Assembly: GCA_965223265.1 (NCBI GenBank)
Contig: OZ244999.1
Location: 6,400,001 to 6,464,000 of the forward strand
Origin: Planctomycetota bacterium
GTDB taxonomy: Bacteria; Planctomycetota; UBA8108; SXIK01
Reading direction: 5' to 3'
DNA length: 64,000 nucleotides
Below are positions 20,501 to 30,000 of the stretch, in pieces (positions within the stretch are counted from its first letter, which is position 1; every line of letters begins with the position of its first letter). A model generated the notes under the pieces. The model had not been told where the DNA came from. It was given only the letters and a program-made list of their open reading frames with translations, and made no database searches. The translations under genes were made by a program, and so were the position numbers.

Positions 20501-20917
20501 ACGCGCCGCGTCAAGCCACTCCTGTGCCATACGTTCACCATACGCGGGCGCGGCAAGAAGGCGGTCGACCAGCTCGTCGTACGCCTCAGGACGAGTGTCG
20601 GCGAGAAAACGATCGATCTCGTCGACCGTCGGCGGCAGACCGGTGAGATCAAAGGCCAATCGCCGTGCGATGGTGGTCTTGTCGGCGGCTGGCGACGGCT
20701 CAAGTCCCGCCTTCTCCAGTGCCCGCAGGATGAAATGATCGATCGGGTTGCGCACCCAATCCGCATGGTCGACGGCGGGTACTGGTACCGGTTCCGGCGG
20801 TATGAACGCCCAATGGGGTGCAGCGACTATACCGTGTCGCCCCCGAACCGCGTCCGGTACTGGGACCTCGACGAAAAGAAGACAAACAGCAACGCAGAAA
20901 AGAAAGGTCGCCCGCAT
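17597..20917 (-). CDS. DUF1549/DUF1553 (PSD1-type) protein with inserted beta-sandwich domains
   Basis: HWAF, NPIDHF, WLDAARFADTNG, CAECHDHKFDP, RVTVNRFWQ, HPELLDWLA, TNTPLQAL; start uncertain. Confidence 0.92.
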   Translation of the reverse strand: MRATFLFCVAVCLLFVEVPVPDAVRGRHGIVAAPHWAFIPPEPVPVPAVDHADWVRNPIDHFILRALEKAGLEPSPAADKTTIARRLAFDLTGLPPTVDEIDRFLADTRPEAYDELVDRLLAAPAYGERMAQEWLDAARFADTNGYHIDNHRDMWKWRDWVVDAFNANQPFDQFTIEQLAGDMLPNATVEQRIASGFNRNVMVNFEGGAIPEEYLTKYVGDRVTTTATVWMGLTLGCAECHDHKFDPITQREYYQFYAFFHNVPEKGLDGSRTNPVPSIPVPSPEDMRRIVVFDERIAALETDLIEPNEELDSAQLAWEEEFRARPPVRWQILKPVELASTGGSTLTVREDDSVLVSGENPARDVYTLDVDTDLDAIGVLELEALVDPALPQGGPGRHPERGVFTLTGVEVAAAPRDGSGAPIVLPIVAAMASYSEKSYEALKAVDGNPQSGWSVRRTDGDDRTSFKARFFLGDPIGYPGGTRLTIKLRHESDRAREVLGCFRLAVTNDRAFYDRNAPPKLSNWFAIGPFESKLDGDDGSFKEEFGPEVDLKNGELDLKKSYPVRDGATAQLRWQERQEWKDGIAYDFTGDLLGVGNTAVYLTRELATTDDRSVTLFFGSNDGIRVWLNDQEILNNNASRGVQADEDRVDTTLRPGSNTLLVKISNLGNRSGFYFRSMAAAGRATPEDVEEIVRSRSAASRSDEQRAKVRDHFRTNVSEPGRELVAQIAKFKEERKTARDALPTTMVMQEMEKPRETFVLVRGDYRLKGEKVRAGVPAFLPPLPTGTTADRLTLAKWLIDPSHPLTGRVTVNRFWQQFFGIGLVATSEDFGVQGEAPSHPELLDWLARALIDTEWDVKKMLKLIVTSSTYRQSSRVTPELYERDPQNRLLARGPKQRLAAEMIRDSALAMGGLLDRRVGGESVRPYQPEGLWKQISIGGRFSSQYYVRSEGDDQYRRGLYVYWKRSLPYPSMVTFDAPSREVCVVRRPVTNTPLQALVLMNDPVYVEAARVFAQRILLEGGDTAQERVRFAFRTCLARPPSADEERLLLGVYSEQSARFAQDVEAARELTEVGDADMPEQLSVAEVAAWTTLANVLFNLDETITKR

Positions 20918-21109
20918 CGTCACGTTCAAACATCCTAAAGAATCAGTCTGGTCACGCATCAGAGCTCGGCTCAACCGACGCTACACGCCCTCCATGTTAC
21001 GCGCACGAGCCCCACAAGAAGCCGAAAATATCGTCCGCGGGGGCATGAAAACTCCGAACGCACGACGTTACGCCCCTGTCGTGCCGCGGCGATTTCGCGC
21101 AAGTGCCGT

Positions 21110-21688
21110 TCATTCGACTTTGGTGAAGCGCATGAGATCGATATCAGCGATGCTTCCCGAGTCCCCGTTGGAATCCATCGAGACTTTGAGGAGCTGGCGC
21201 CCCGCCTTGAGACGCACACCATCGGCGTAGATCGTCTCGAGTTTCTGCCAGCCGCCGGTGTCCGGCACGTCGATGGGACCCGTCACGTCCCGGCCGTCGA
21301 TTTCAAGATGAAAGACGCCACCCTTCCTATTCGATGCCACGGGGAATTCGACGCGATAAACTCCGTCGGCTGCAACCTCGACCGAATACACCAGCCACTC
21401 CCCCTCGCGCGTCCAACCGATGCCGTGCCCACCTGAAGCGTCAGGCCGCGCCTCGATATCGACTTGAGTCGGACCTCGGTAGTTCGCCCCTTGGTTTTGC
21501 GGATCGAGATCGTAGTAGGCGAAACCGGGATCCCCTTCGTCGTAGTTCTCAGCTTCGATGGTGCCAGGTATCTCATGCCATTTGCCACGAAACGGCTGGG
21601 TGGAACCAGAGACTGAATTTCGACTCTCGCGCTGACAACCAATCAGAAAGATCATGAGCGATAGGAACACAAGGTGTCGAGTGATCAT
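21110..21688 (-). CDS. carbohydrate-binding module (CBM6-like) lipoprotein
   Basis: Lipobox FLIGC; IPGTIEAENYD, IGWTREGEWLVYSV, PDTGGWQ; AAAGGA RBS before ATG 21688. Confidence 0.85.
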   Translation of the reverse strand: MITRHLVFLSLMIFLIGCQRESRNSVSGSTQPFRGKWHEIPGTIEAENYDEGDPGFAYYDLDPQNQGANYRGPTQVDIEARPDASGGHGIGWTREGEWLVYSVEVAADGVYRVEFPVASNRKGGVFHLEIDGRDVTGPIDVPDTGGWQKLETIYADGVRLKAGRQLLKVSMDSNGDSGSIADIDLMRFTKVE

Positions 21689-21892
21689 GATGATTCCTTT
21701 GTGTGGTTCGTTTTGTCGCCGCGCGGCAACGGGCACGCGTACCAACATGGCCTTTCCGTGACGCGACGATCGACAGGTTATACTATGGCGCTCTGACGTC
21801 GCGAACCAAATTCCGCGTCACGAACCCAAGTGCCCCACAACCCCTTCGAATTTCATGTTGAAAACGAATCAACTCGTCGCGGCGCCGGCAGC

Positions 21893-23062
21893 ATGATGGG
21901 CTCCTTGCTCGCCGTTCTTTGTGTGATCGTGCTTCTGCCGACGGCATTTCTCTGCCTCGAAGTGGCGCTGGCGATGCTGCCGGCGAAACGTCGTGACGTG
22001 GCGCTCGCGAAACCACGTGTCATGGTTTTGATCCCCGCTCACAACGAGGAACAAACCATCGTCGAAACGATCGAAAGCATCCAGAGACGTCTCACGGGGC
22101 AGGATTCAATCGTTGTCGTGGCGGACAACTGTTCGGACTCGACGGCCACAGTCGCTCGCAAGAGGGGCGTCCGTGTCGTCGAACGAAACGACCCTGAACA
22201 CGTCGGCAAAGGCTACGCGCTTGCCTTTGGCGTCGACGCGATGCGCGCTGCGCCACCCGAAGTCGTCGTCGTCATCGACGCCGATTGCGTTCCCGAAGGC
22301 GACGCGGTCAGCGCAGTTGCGAGTCGGGCTGCAGCATGGAGCTGCCCGGTACAGGGAGCGTACGTCCTCACGCCACCTGACAACCCCTCGCCGCTGCGGG
22401 AAGTCTCGGCGCTGGCATTCGTGGTGAAGGGAGTCGTGAGGCCGACAGGGTTGTCGCGGCTCGGACTTCCATGCCTCCTGGCAGGTAGTGGTATGGCGTT
22501 TCCGTGGGACACGATCAGCAAAGCCCCACTGACAAGTGACAGTATCGTCGAAGATCTGCAACTCGGCCTCGACCTGGCGTGCGCTGGATCCTATCCAAGA
22601 TTCCACGAGCACGCCCGCTTCTGGAGCCAACTTCCAGAGCGCTCGGCGGCGGCCCGGATTCAGCGGCGTCGTTGGGAGCACGGCCACCTGCACACGATCA
22701 TCACTACGGCACCCAAGATCCTCATCTCGGGGATCCTTCGGCGCAGGCTGCCTCTCGTGACACTCGCGATGGAACTCGCGGTACCACCGCTCTCACTCCT
22801 CTCTGCTTTTCATTGCGTATTGGGTGTCATCTGCCTGACGTACGCCGCGATCACCGAAGACTTCCTTGCCGCTACACTCTCGGGCTTGAACGTATCCTTG
22901 TTGATCCTTTCGACGCTAGCTGCGTGGTTGCGGTTTGGTCGTCGTCTGACGAGCGTACGCAGCCTCCTCTTCGCCCCGTTCTATGCACTTTCCAAGTTGA
23001 CCATGTATGTCAGCTTCATCGGCTCCCGTGAACGTCGCTGGCAGCGAACTCCGAGAGCGTGA
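21893..23062 (+). CDS. glycosyltransferase family 2, membrane-bound
   Basis: LIPAHNEE, ADNCSD, GKGYAL, DAD, VED, QRRRW; TM helices at both ends. Confidence 0.92.
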   Translation: MMGSLLAVLCVIVLLPTAFLCLEVALAMLPAKRRDVALAKPRVMVLIPAHNEEQTIVETIESIQRRLTGQDSIVVVADNCSDSTATVARKRGVRVVERNDPEHVGKGYALAFGVDAMRAAPPEVVVVIDADCVPEGDAVSAVASRAAAWSCPVQGAYVLTPPDNPSPLREVSALAFVVKGVVRPTGLSRLGLPCLLAGSGMAFPWDTISKAPLTSDSIVEDLQLGLDLACAGSYPRFHEHARFWSQLPERSAAARIQRRRWEHGHLHTIITTAPKILISGILRRRLPLVTLAMELAVPPLSLLSAFHCVLGVICLTYAAITEDFLAATLSGLNVSLLILSTLAAWLRFGRRLTSVRSLLFAPFYALSKLTMYVSFIGSRERRWQRTPRA

Positions 23063-23181
23063 CGCGTGCAGCATGAGGCCGGATCAGAGGCGTAGATCTT
23101 CACCAGTTAGCGGCCAGCGCCGTCGTTACACTCTTGTCATCACGGAACAACATAGTCATACTGGTCGCGTGGTTGGCTGAA

Positions 23182-23268
23182 CAGCCCGTTGAAAAGTCTT
23201 CGTCGACAACCGGCGATTTCGGGACAAATGGCCCGTTTTGCTCGAAGCACTTGCTGCTCAACAGGCTG
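23182..23268. mobile_element. short degenerate copy of element A
   Basis: cagcccgttgaaaagtc...ctcgaagcactt...tcaacaggctg; same ends, diverged interior. Confidence 0.6.
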
Positions 23269-23398
23269 TTGAGTTGAGGCTAAGGGACTTAAAGATTGTG
23301 CGTGAGTTGGGTGGAGTCTTCACGCTCTTCTGTGTGCCGGATCGGCGGGTGCGCATGCTGAAGACGTTGCTCCTCGGTTAGCATCGTTCTCATTCCGA

Positions 23399-24169
23399 AT
23401 GCGTGCAGGCCGACTCGTGGGTCGATCATCGATTCTGAACACTCAGTTCGATACGGTAACGCTTGAAGAGACCGTCAAGTTTGCCGCGAAGTTGATTGAC
23501 GACGGCGCTCGCGGCTACGTGTCGACCGTGAACGTCGCTGTCCTTATGATGGCGCGCTCGCGTCCGCCGCTCAGACGCTTCATCGAAGACGCTTCGCTCG
23601 TAGTCGCCGATGGGCAGCCTCTCGTTTGGGCGTCGCGGTGGTTCTCGGTGCCATTACCTGAGAGAGTCGCCGGAATCGCAATCGTCGATGAACTGTGTCG
23701 ATCAGCCTCCGAGAAGAACTTCGGCGTTTACTTTCTCGGGGGTCGCAGGCATGTGCTGCACGATCTCGAGCGCCGCATGCAGTTTCGACATCCGAAGCTG
23801 AAGATATGCGGCCTTGCCGACGGGTTTTTTCCCGCCAGCGAAGCGCCGCGGCGCGCCGCAGCAGTTCGCCAAAGCGGCGCGGAGATCCTCTTCGTCGGTA
23901 TGGGAGTGCCGCGGCAAGAATACTTTTTGCAAGCGCATTGGGACTGTCTCGGCGCCAACGTGGCCGTCGGTGTTGGTGGGAGCTTCGAGGTGCTCGCTGG
24001 ACTGCGCAAACGAGCCCCTCGCGTTCTGCAGCGAGCAGGTTTGGAGTGGCTCTTTCGCTTGCTCCAGGAACCGCGCCGCCTTTGGAAGCGGTATCTGATC
24101 ACGAACTCCCAGTTCGTCTACCATTGCTCGCGAGAGTTGCTGCTCCGGTCCGTGCGGGGTACGTCGTGA
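23399..24169 (+). CDS. WecB/TagA/CpsF family glycosyltransferase
   Basis: TVN, VADGQPLVW, ERVAG, VGMGVPRQE, VGGSF, RAP, GLEWLFRLLQEPRRLWKRY. Confidence 0.93.
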   Translation: MRAGRLVGRSSILNTQFDTVTLEETVKFAAKLIDDGARGYVSTVNVAVLMMARSRPPLRRFIEDASLVVADGQPLVWASRWFSVPLPERVAGIAIVDELCRSASEKNFGVYFLGGRRHVLHDLERRMQFRHPKLKICGLADGFFPASEAPRRAAAVRQSGAEILFVGMGVPRQEYFLQAHWDCLGANVAVGVGGSFEVLAGLRKRAPRVLQRAGLEWLFRLLQEPRRLWKRYLITNSQFVYHCSRELLLRSVRGTS

Positions 24170-25464
24170 TCTATTGGTCCACAACCGAGCTGGATCATGA
24201 AGGATTCGCGACAGCGGACAGCCCCTTCGAACACCGAGCACCAGAGACACCAGCGCACATCGCGATAGTGCTCGGGACACGCCCTGAGGCAATCAAACTG
24301 GCGCCTGTCGTCATGAAGGCTCGTGCTGATCCGGCGCGCTTCAACATCACGGTGATCGCGACCGGGCAGCATCGAGAGCTCCTCTACGGGCTGCTTGACG
24401 AGCTCGGCGTTGAGGTCGACGTCGACCTCGCGGCGATGAGGCACGATCAGGATCCCTGCCATGCGATGGCAACTCTTCTCCAGCGCCTCTACAACGCTTT
24501 GGGTGAATTGAACCCCGACAGTGTACTTGTCCAAGGGGACACGTCGACGTCGATTGCAGGAGCACTCGCGGCTGCGTACCGCAGGCAGCAGCTGGGGCAT
24601 GTAGAAGCCGGATTGCGCACCCACGACAAGGCGCGTCCGTTCCCCGAAGAACTCAACCGCCGCTTAGCAACACACGCTGCCGACTATCATTTCGCGCCGA
24701 CGTGCGCAGCAAAGAAGAACCTATTACGCGAGGGAGTCAGTGAAGACCGGATCTGGGTGACAGGGAACACGTCGATTGACACTCTCCTGATGACGCAAGC
24801 CCTCCTGATGACGCAAGCGACGGTGAGCGGCGTCAAGAAGCACCGGTGTCACCATGATCGCAAGACGCTTCTCCTGACTGCGCACCGCCGGGAGAACCAT
24901 GGCCCGGGGTTGGAGCGCATCTGTGAGGCCGTTCGGCGCCTCGTCGCTCGCCATCCGGAGCTGCACGTCGTGTTTCCTGTCCACGAGAACCCGAACGTGC
25001 GCCGAATGGTGTGTCGTCAGCTGAGCGGTCACCGGCGGGTCACTCTCGCCAAACCACTCGGATACCGCGACTTTGTGCAAGTCATGAGCAGCGCCGACAT
25101 TATTCTGACTGACTCAGGCGGCATTCAAGAGGAAGCACCAGCGCTTGGAAAACCCGTTCTCGTTCTCCGCGAGACGACAGAGCGACCGGAAGCCGTCGAC
25201 TCCGGCACGGCGAGATTGACCGGCACAGACGTGCGAACGATCATTGACGAAGTGGAGCACCTCCTCGACGATAGGGTGCACTATCGACGCATGGCGTCAG
25301 TCAACAACCCGTACGGCGATGGCCGAGCAGCCGACCGGATCCTCGAGGTTATGGCGAGCCGCGTCACGTCACGCTGCGGGCGCACGATCTCAACAAAGCC
25401 ACAGCAATACGGCGATGCCCATGAGCTCTCAGAGGCTGAGCAGGCAGACGACTACCCGTCGTGA
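24166..25464 (+). CDS. wecB: UDP-N-acetylglucosamine 2-epimerase (non-hydrolysing)
   Basis: GTRPEAIK, TGQH, QGDT, HVEAGLRT, PFPEE, TDSGGIQEEA, TERPE, NPYGDG; GTG start overlaps the upstream stop (GTGA). Confidence 0.92.
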   Translation: MIYWSTTELDHEGFATADSPFEHRAPETPAHIAIVLGTRPEAIKLAPVVMKARADPARFNITVIATGQHRELLYGLLDELGVEVDVDLAAMRHDQDPCHAMATLLQRLYNALGELNPDSVLVQGDTSTSIAGALAAAYRRQQLGHVEAGLRTHDKARPFPEELNRRLATHAADYHFAPTCAAKKNLLREGVSEDRIWVTGNTSIDTLLMTQALLMTQATVSGVKKHRCHHDRKTLLLTAHRRENHGPGLERICEAVRRLVARHPELHVVFPVHENPNVRRMVCRQLSGHRRVTLAKPLGYRDFVQVMSSADIILTDSGGIQEEAPALGKPVLVLRETTERPEAVDSGTARLTGTDVRTIIDEVEHLLDDRVHYRRMASVNNPYGDGRAADRILEVMASRVTSRCGRTISTKPQQYGDAHELSEAEQADDYPS

Positions 25465-26434
25465 ATTCTTTCGCGCCGTCGGCAGCGCGGCGGCGATCGG
25501 CCTCGCGGCACCATCAGCTTCACGGTTGCGAGTGTTTTCCGGCACGATCCCCGAGACTACGACGACGTCGAAGAAGCCTCTCGTGATCGACACTCACATG
25601 CACGTGTGGAGCCACGACGCGGCGAGGTTCCCCCTCGCTGCGGGAATTCAGGCTCGCGGTAGCGCCGGCACGGTGGAAGTCCTCGCCGAGGAAATGGACG
25701 AGGCCGGGGTCGATCACTGTGTCCTCGTTCAGTCCATTCACCATCAGTGGGACAACCGATACGTCGCCCACTGCCTCCGGCAACACCCGCAGCGTTTCCG
25801 CGTTCAAGGTCTCGTCGACCCGACGAAGCAAGATGCCGCCGAGAGACTCGAGTATTGGATGCGCGAACATGGCTTCTCCGGCATCCGGCTGCGACCCATC
25901 TACCATCGCGGCAACGACGGTTGGCTCCATGACAAATCGAGCTACCCGCTCTGGAGAACAGCCGAGAAACTGAACGCGATTTTCAATTTCTACATCGGCA
26001 CTGAGCAGCTTCCCAAGCTCGAGCTCATGCTGCGCCGCTTTCCACGCGTCAAGGTCGTGATCGACCATCTGAGCCAGATCGATCTGAAGACCGCAGACCC
26101 GCTGCCCGAAATGAAAAGACTGTTGGCCTTGGCACGCTACCCGCAAGTGTTCGTGAAGGTCTCCGAGTTGGCATCGGTTTCGAGTAGCGGGATTTACCCC
26201 TACAGCGACTCGTATCCGTGGATCAAACTCGTCTATGACGCGTTCAGCCCGGATCGACTGTTGTGGGGTACCGGCTACCCAGGATCCAAGGCACGCGCGA
26301 CGGCACGCCGGCCAAGTGTCGATCTGGAGTTAGCCTTGATCCGAGAGAAGATTCCCTTTTTGACGCCGACCGATCAAAAGAAGATCCTCGGCCTCAACGC
26401 TCAAAAACTTTGGAATTTCGGTGAGCGCGTTTGA
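25421..26434 (+). CDS. amidohydrolase_2 family protein with Tat signal
   Basis: TRREFF Tat motif; IDTHMHVW, IDHL, LLWGTGYP, NAQKLW. Confidence 0.88.
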   Translation: MSSQRLSRQTTTRREFFRAVGSAAAIGLAAPSASRLRVFSGTIPETTTTSKKPLVIDTHMHVWSHDAARFPLAAGIQARGSAGTVEVLAEEMDEAGVDHCVLVQSIHHQWDNRYVAHCLRQHPQRFRVQGLVDPTKQDAAERLEYWMREHGFSGIRLRPIYHRGNDGWLHDKSSYPLWRTAEKLNAIFNFYIGTEQLPKLELMLRRFPRVKVVIDHLSQIDLKTADPLPEMKRLLALARYPQVFVKVSELASVSSSGIYPYSDSYPWIKLVYDAFSPDRLLWGTGYPGSKARATARRPSVDLELALIREKIPFLTPTDQKKILGLNAQKLWNFGERV

Positions 26435-26480
26435 CCATGAAACTGGCCTTCGACAACCTCCTCTTTCGTGCCTTGCCGCA

Positions 26481-26927
26481 ATGACGCAGCCGTCGCCGAA
26501 ACAGCTCACGCCCGCCGAAGTCTCCACGCTTGCCCGCGAGGTCATCGCGGACGACCGTTTCCCCTATCTCGCAACTCTCGACGGCGATCAACCACGTCTG
26601 AGGCCGGTTTCTCCCGTAAAGACCGAAGGGTTCGTCGTCTACGTCGCGAATCTGCGCTCTTACCACAAAACGGTAGAAATCGCGGCGAACCCGAGGGTCG
26701 AGCTTTGCTACCTCGACGAGCGACACAACCAAGTACGCATCACTGGACGAGCCCACGTGGTCGAGGAACCGTCCGTGCTCCAAGAAATCTGGGACGCGAA
26801 CCCCCTCCTGCGACAATACCTCGGCTCGATCGACAACCCCGAATTGATCGTCTACCGCATCGAACCGAGTCGTGTCCGTTATATGCAAGAGTGGGCGCTC
26901 TCTTATTACGAAGTCGATCTGGCTTGA
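26481..26927 (+). CDS. pyridoxamine 5'-phosphate oxidase-like FMN-binding protein
   Basis: LATLDGDQPRLRPV, KTVEIAANPRVEL, QVRITGRA. Confidence 0.85.
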   Translation: MTQPSPKQLTPAEVSTLAREVIADDRFPYLATLDGDQPRLRPVSPVKTEGFVVYVANLRSYHKTVEIAANPRVELCYLDERHNQVRITGRAHVVEEPSVLQEIWDANPLLRQYLGSIDNPELIVYRIEPSRVRYMQEWALSYYEVDLA

Positions 26928-27072
26928 CAGCCTGTTGAATCGCGTGCGGAGACTGGGTCGACTCACCAGCAACTCAGAGGGATTCAAGAGACGACGCCGG
27001 CGACCGAGAAGCTATCGTCGCTGCCATGCACGTAAGCCCGACGACCCAACATCTTCCCCACGAAGAAGAATC

Positions 27073-30000
27073 ATGAGCGGAAAATCGATGCTATTGATCC
27101 ACCACCCCCTCCTCGCAGTGTTCGTCTTCGCGACAACCATGCAGACGATAGCTGAGGATGGGCGCACGCGTTGGCTTCCAGAGCGCGGCGTCAGCGCCCA
27201 TCGCGGTGCAAGCACCACTCACCCCGAGAACACCCTCGCAGCGCTCCGCGAAGCACTACGCCTTGGCGCCCATCAGATCGAATTCGACGTCGCCATGTCG
27301 CGCGACGAAAAGCTTGTGCTGCTGCACGACGACACGGTCGATCGGACGACAAACGGCCGCGGCAAGGTGGTCGACCTGACGCTCAAACAACTCAAGGAGC
27401 TCGACGCTGGGGCATGGAAAGGTGCTCGATTCGCGGGCGAACGCATCCCGACTCTCGATGAGGCCTTAGCGCTGATGCCGCAGAACATCTGGCTCAACAT
27501 CCATCTCAAAGGCGGCGAGAAGTTGGCTCGCAGAGTCACGCAGCGCCTCGTCGTGCACGATCGACTCCACCAATCTTTTCTCGCCTGCTCGGCTCCGGCC
27601 GCTCGTGCCGCCAAGGAAACCAGCGCGGCCGTCAAGATCTGCAACATGGAGCGCCAAGCGAATTCGACGGCGTACGTAGATCAAACGATCGCTGCCGGAT
27701 CCGATTTCATCCAACTCCTCGGCGGTCAATCCGTGTCGCGGGAGCACGTCGAGAAACTCAAGGCTCACGGGGTGCGCATCAACTACTGCTGCACGAACGA
27801 TGAGAATCAGCTCAGCGATTTACTAGCAGTTGGCGTTGAGTTCCCGCTCGTCGACGACTTGGCGACGATGCTTTCCGTCGCTGAAGCGGCTGGCGTTCCG
27901 CGTCTCGTTCCTCGTTACCGCGGCAGCGGCGACGGCAAGGATGTGCCAACACTCCGCTTTTCGGAGCACCTGATCGCTGGCGGCTATGCTTACCCTTACG
28001 GCATCGGCGTCGCCGACTTCGATGGCGACGGCGATCTCGACATCACAAGTGCCGACTATCAGCCGCATAACCACCTCTACCTGTACGAAAACCGCGGCGG
28101 CGGAACGTTTCGACGAAGATTCGTCCAAAGAAACGACGGCCGCCGACTGGAGCGTCACATGAATGGCGACGTCGACGGCGATGGTGATCCAGACGTCGTC
28201 ATCGTCAAGAACCTCTATGGCCATCTCCTGTGGTTCGAAAACGGCGGCGCTCCCATGAACGAAGACTCCTGGTCACGCCACGTCATCACGACGGATCTTC
28301 CGGGCGCGTACAATGTCGACCTCGCCGACTTCGATAGCGACGGCGACCTCGATGTCGTCGCCTCGAGCTGGGTTTTGGGCAACCAGTTCTCCTGGTTCGA
28401 AAACGATGGGACACCGGCGAGCGGCGAGTGGAGAAAATTCATCATCGAAGCCGATTTGCAGGAAACGAGAGGTGTACGCGTCGCTGACTTCGACGGCGAC
28501 GGCGACTTCGACGTCTACGGAACGGCCCCGGGTGCCGGTGAAGTGAATTGGTACGAGAACCCTGGCGATCCGAGTGAACGGAGCTGGGCAAAGCACGTCG
28601 TCGATCGCGCCCCTCGACCGATGCACGGCGATCCAATCGACGTCGATGGAGATGGCGACATTGACATTGTGCAAGCACTCGGTATGGCGTGGCCGCGCAT
28701 CGATCCCGAATCGCATCATATTGTGTGGTATGAAAACGTTGCTCCTGGCTCGACGGATTCGCCCGATTCGCGAACGTGGGTGCGCCACGTGATCGCTGAC
28801 GACTTTCCAGACGCGTTCGAAGCGGTGGCGGACGATCTCGATGGTGACGGGGATGTTGACGTGGCGGCGACTTCGTGGCGTCAGCCGGGATGCGTCGCCT
28901 GGTTCGAGAATCAAGGTGAAGACTCGTGGCGACGGCACAATCTCAAGAACAATTGGCGAAGCGCCAACAATCTCCTCATCGCCGACCTTGACGGCGATGG
29001 GCGTCGCGACATCCTCGCGGCGGCCGAGCACACAAGCTACGAGCTACGCTGGTGGCGAAACGAAGGGCACGCGCCACCAGGGCCGTTCAACTTGACGCGT
29101 GTGGCTCAACGCGTGCTGCGCACGGTATCACACCAAGGCGCCAAGGGAGTCGCTCCGGCGAATACGCTGGCTGCCATTCGCGCCGGCCTTGCCGCCGGCG
29201 CGACGACGATAGAAGTGGACGTCCGCAGCAGTAAGGACGGCGTCCCAGTGCTGCGCCACGACGCAACTCTCGACGCAAGCACGGACGGCACTGGGCCCGT
29301 TCGCGACAAGACACTGGCAGAACTGAAGCTGCTAGACGCGGGCTCGTGGTTCGACCCACGATTCGCAGACGAGCGCGTGCCGACCTTGCGTGAAGCGTTA
29401 GAGCTTTGCCGCGGCGACGTCGAGATTCTCCTCGATCTCAAAGAATCCAGCGCTGAGTTCCATGCCGCCGTCGCGGCGGCGGTGCGAGCCTACGGCGAGA
29501 TGGGCCGAACGACCCTTGGTGTACGCAGTGTCGAACAAGCGCGCTTCTTTCGCCAAGCGATCGGCACGTCACGCCAGCTCGGTCTCATTCCGGACGCGAG
29601 CGATATCGAGGCGTTCGCTGCCGCCGGGGTGCAGAGCATTCGTCTGAAGAAGAGCTGGCTCAAGGATGCCGACATCGTCGCGCGCCATCGGAAGAGCAAA
29701 TTGGACCTCCTCATCAGCAGCATGACGGGTTCGCGTCGCGAAGTGCTCGCTGCACTGGCATTCGAGCCCGACGCGATCGTCTCTGATCACCCCGCTCGTC
29801 TCCTAGCATCGCTGCGTAAGCTTCGAGGAGATCTGGCGCCCCCCGACTCGGTTGCTGCGCCCCGTTCGCCTGTCGACTTACGCGCGGCACGTCGGCGCGC
29901 AGCTCACCGACGTCGCCGCATCATCATGAACAACGACGGCAACGACTGTCGCTCACCTGAAGCAGGCGAACCGCGCACACGCGAGCACTTTCTTTCGAAA

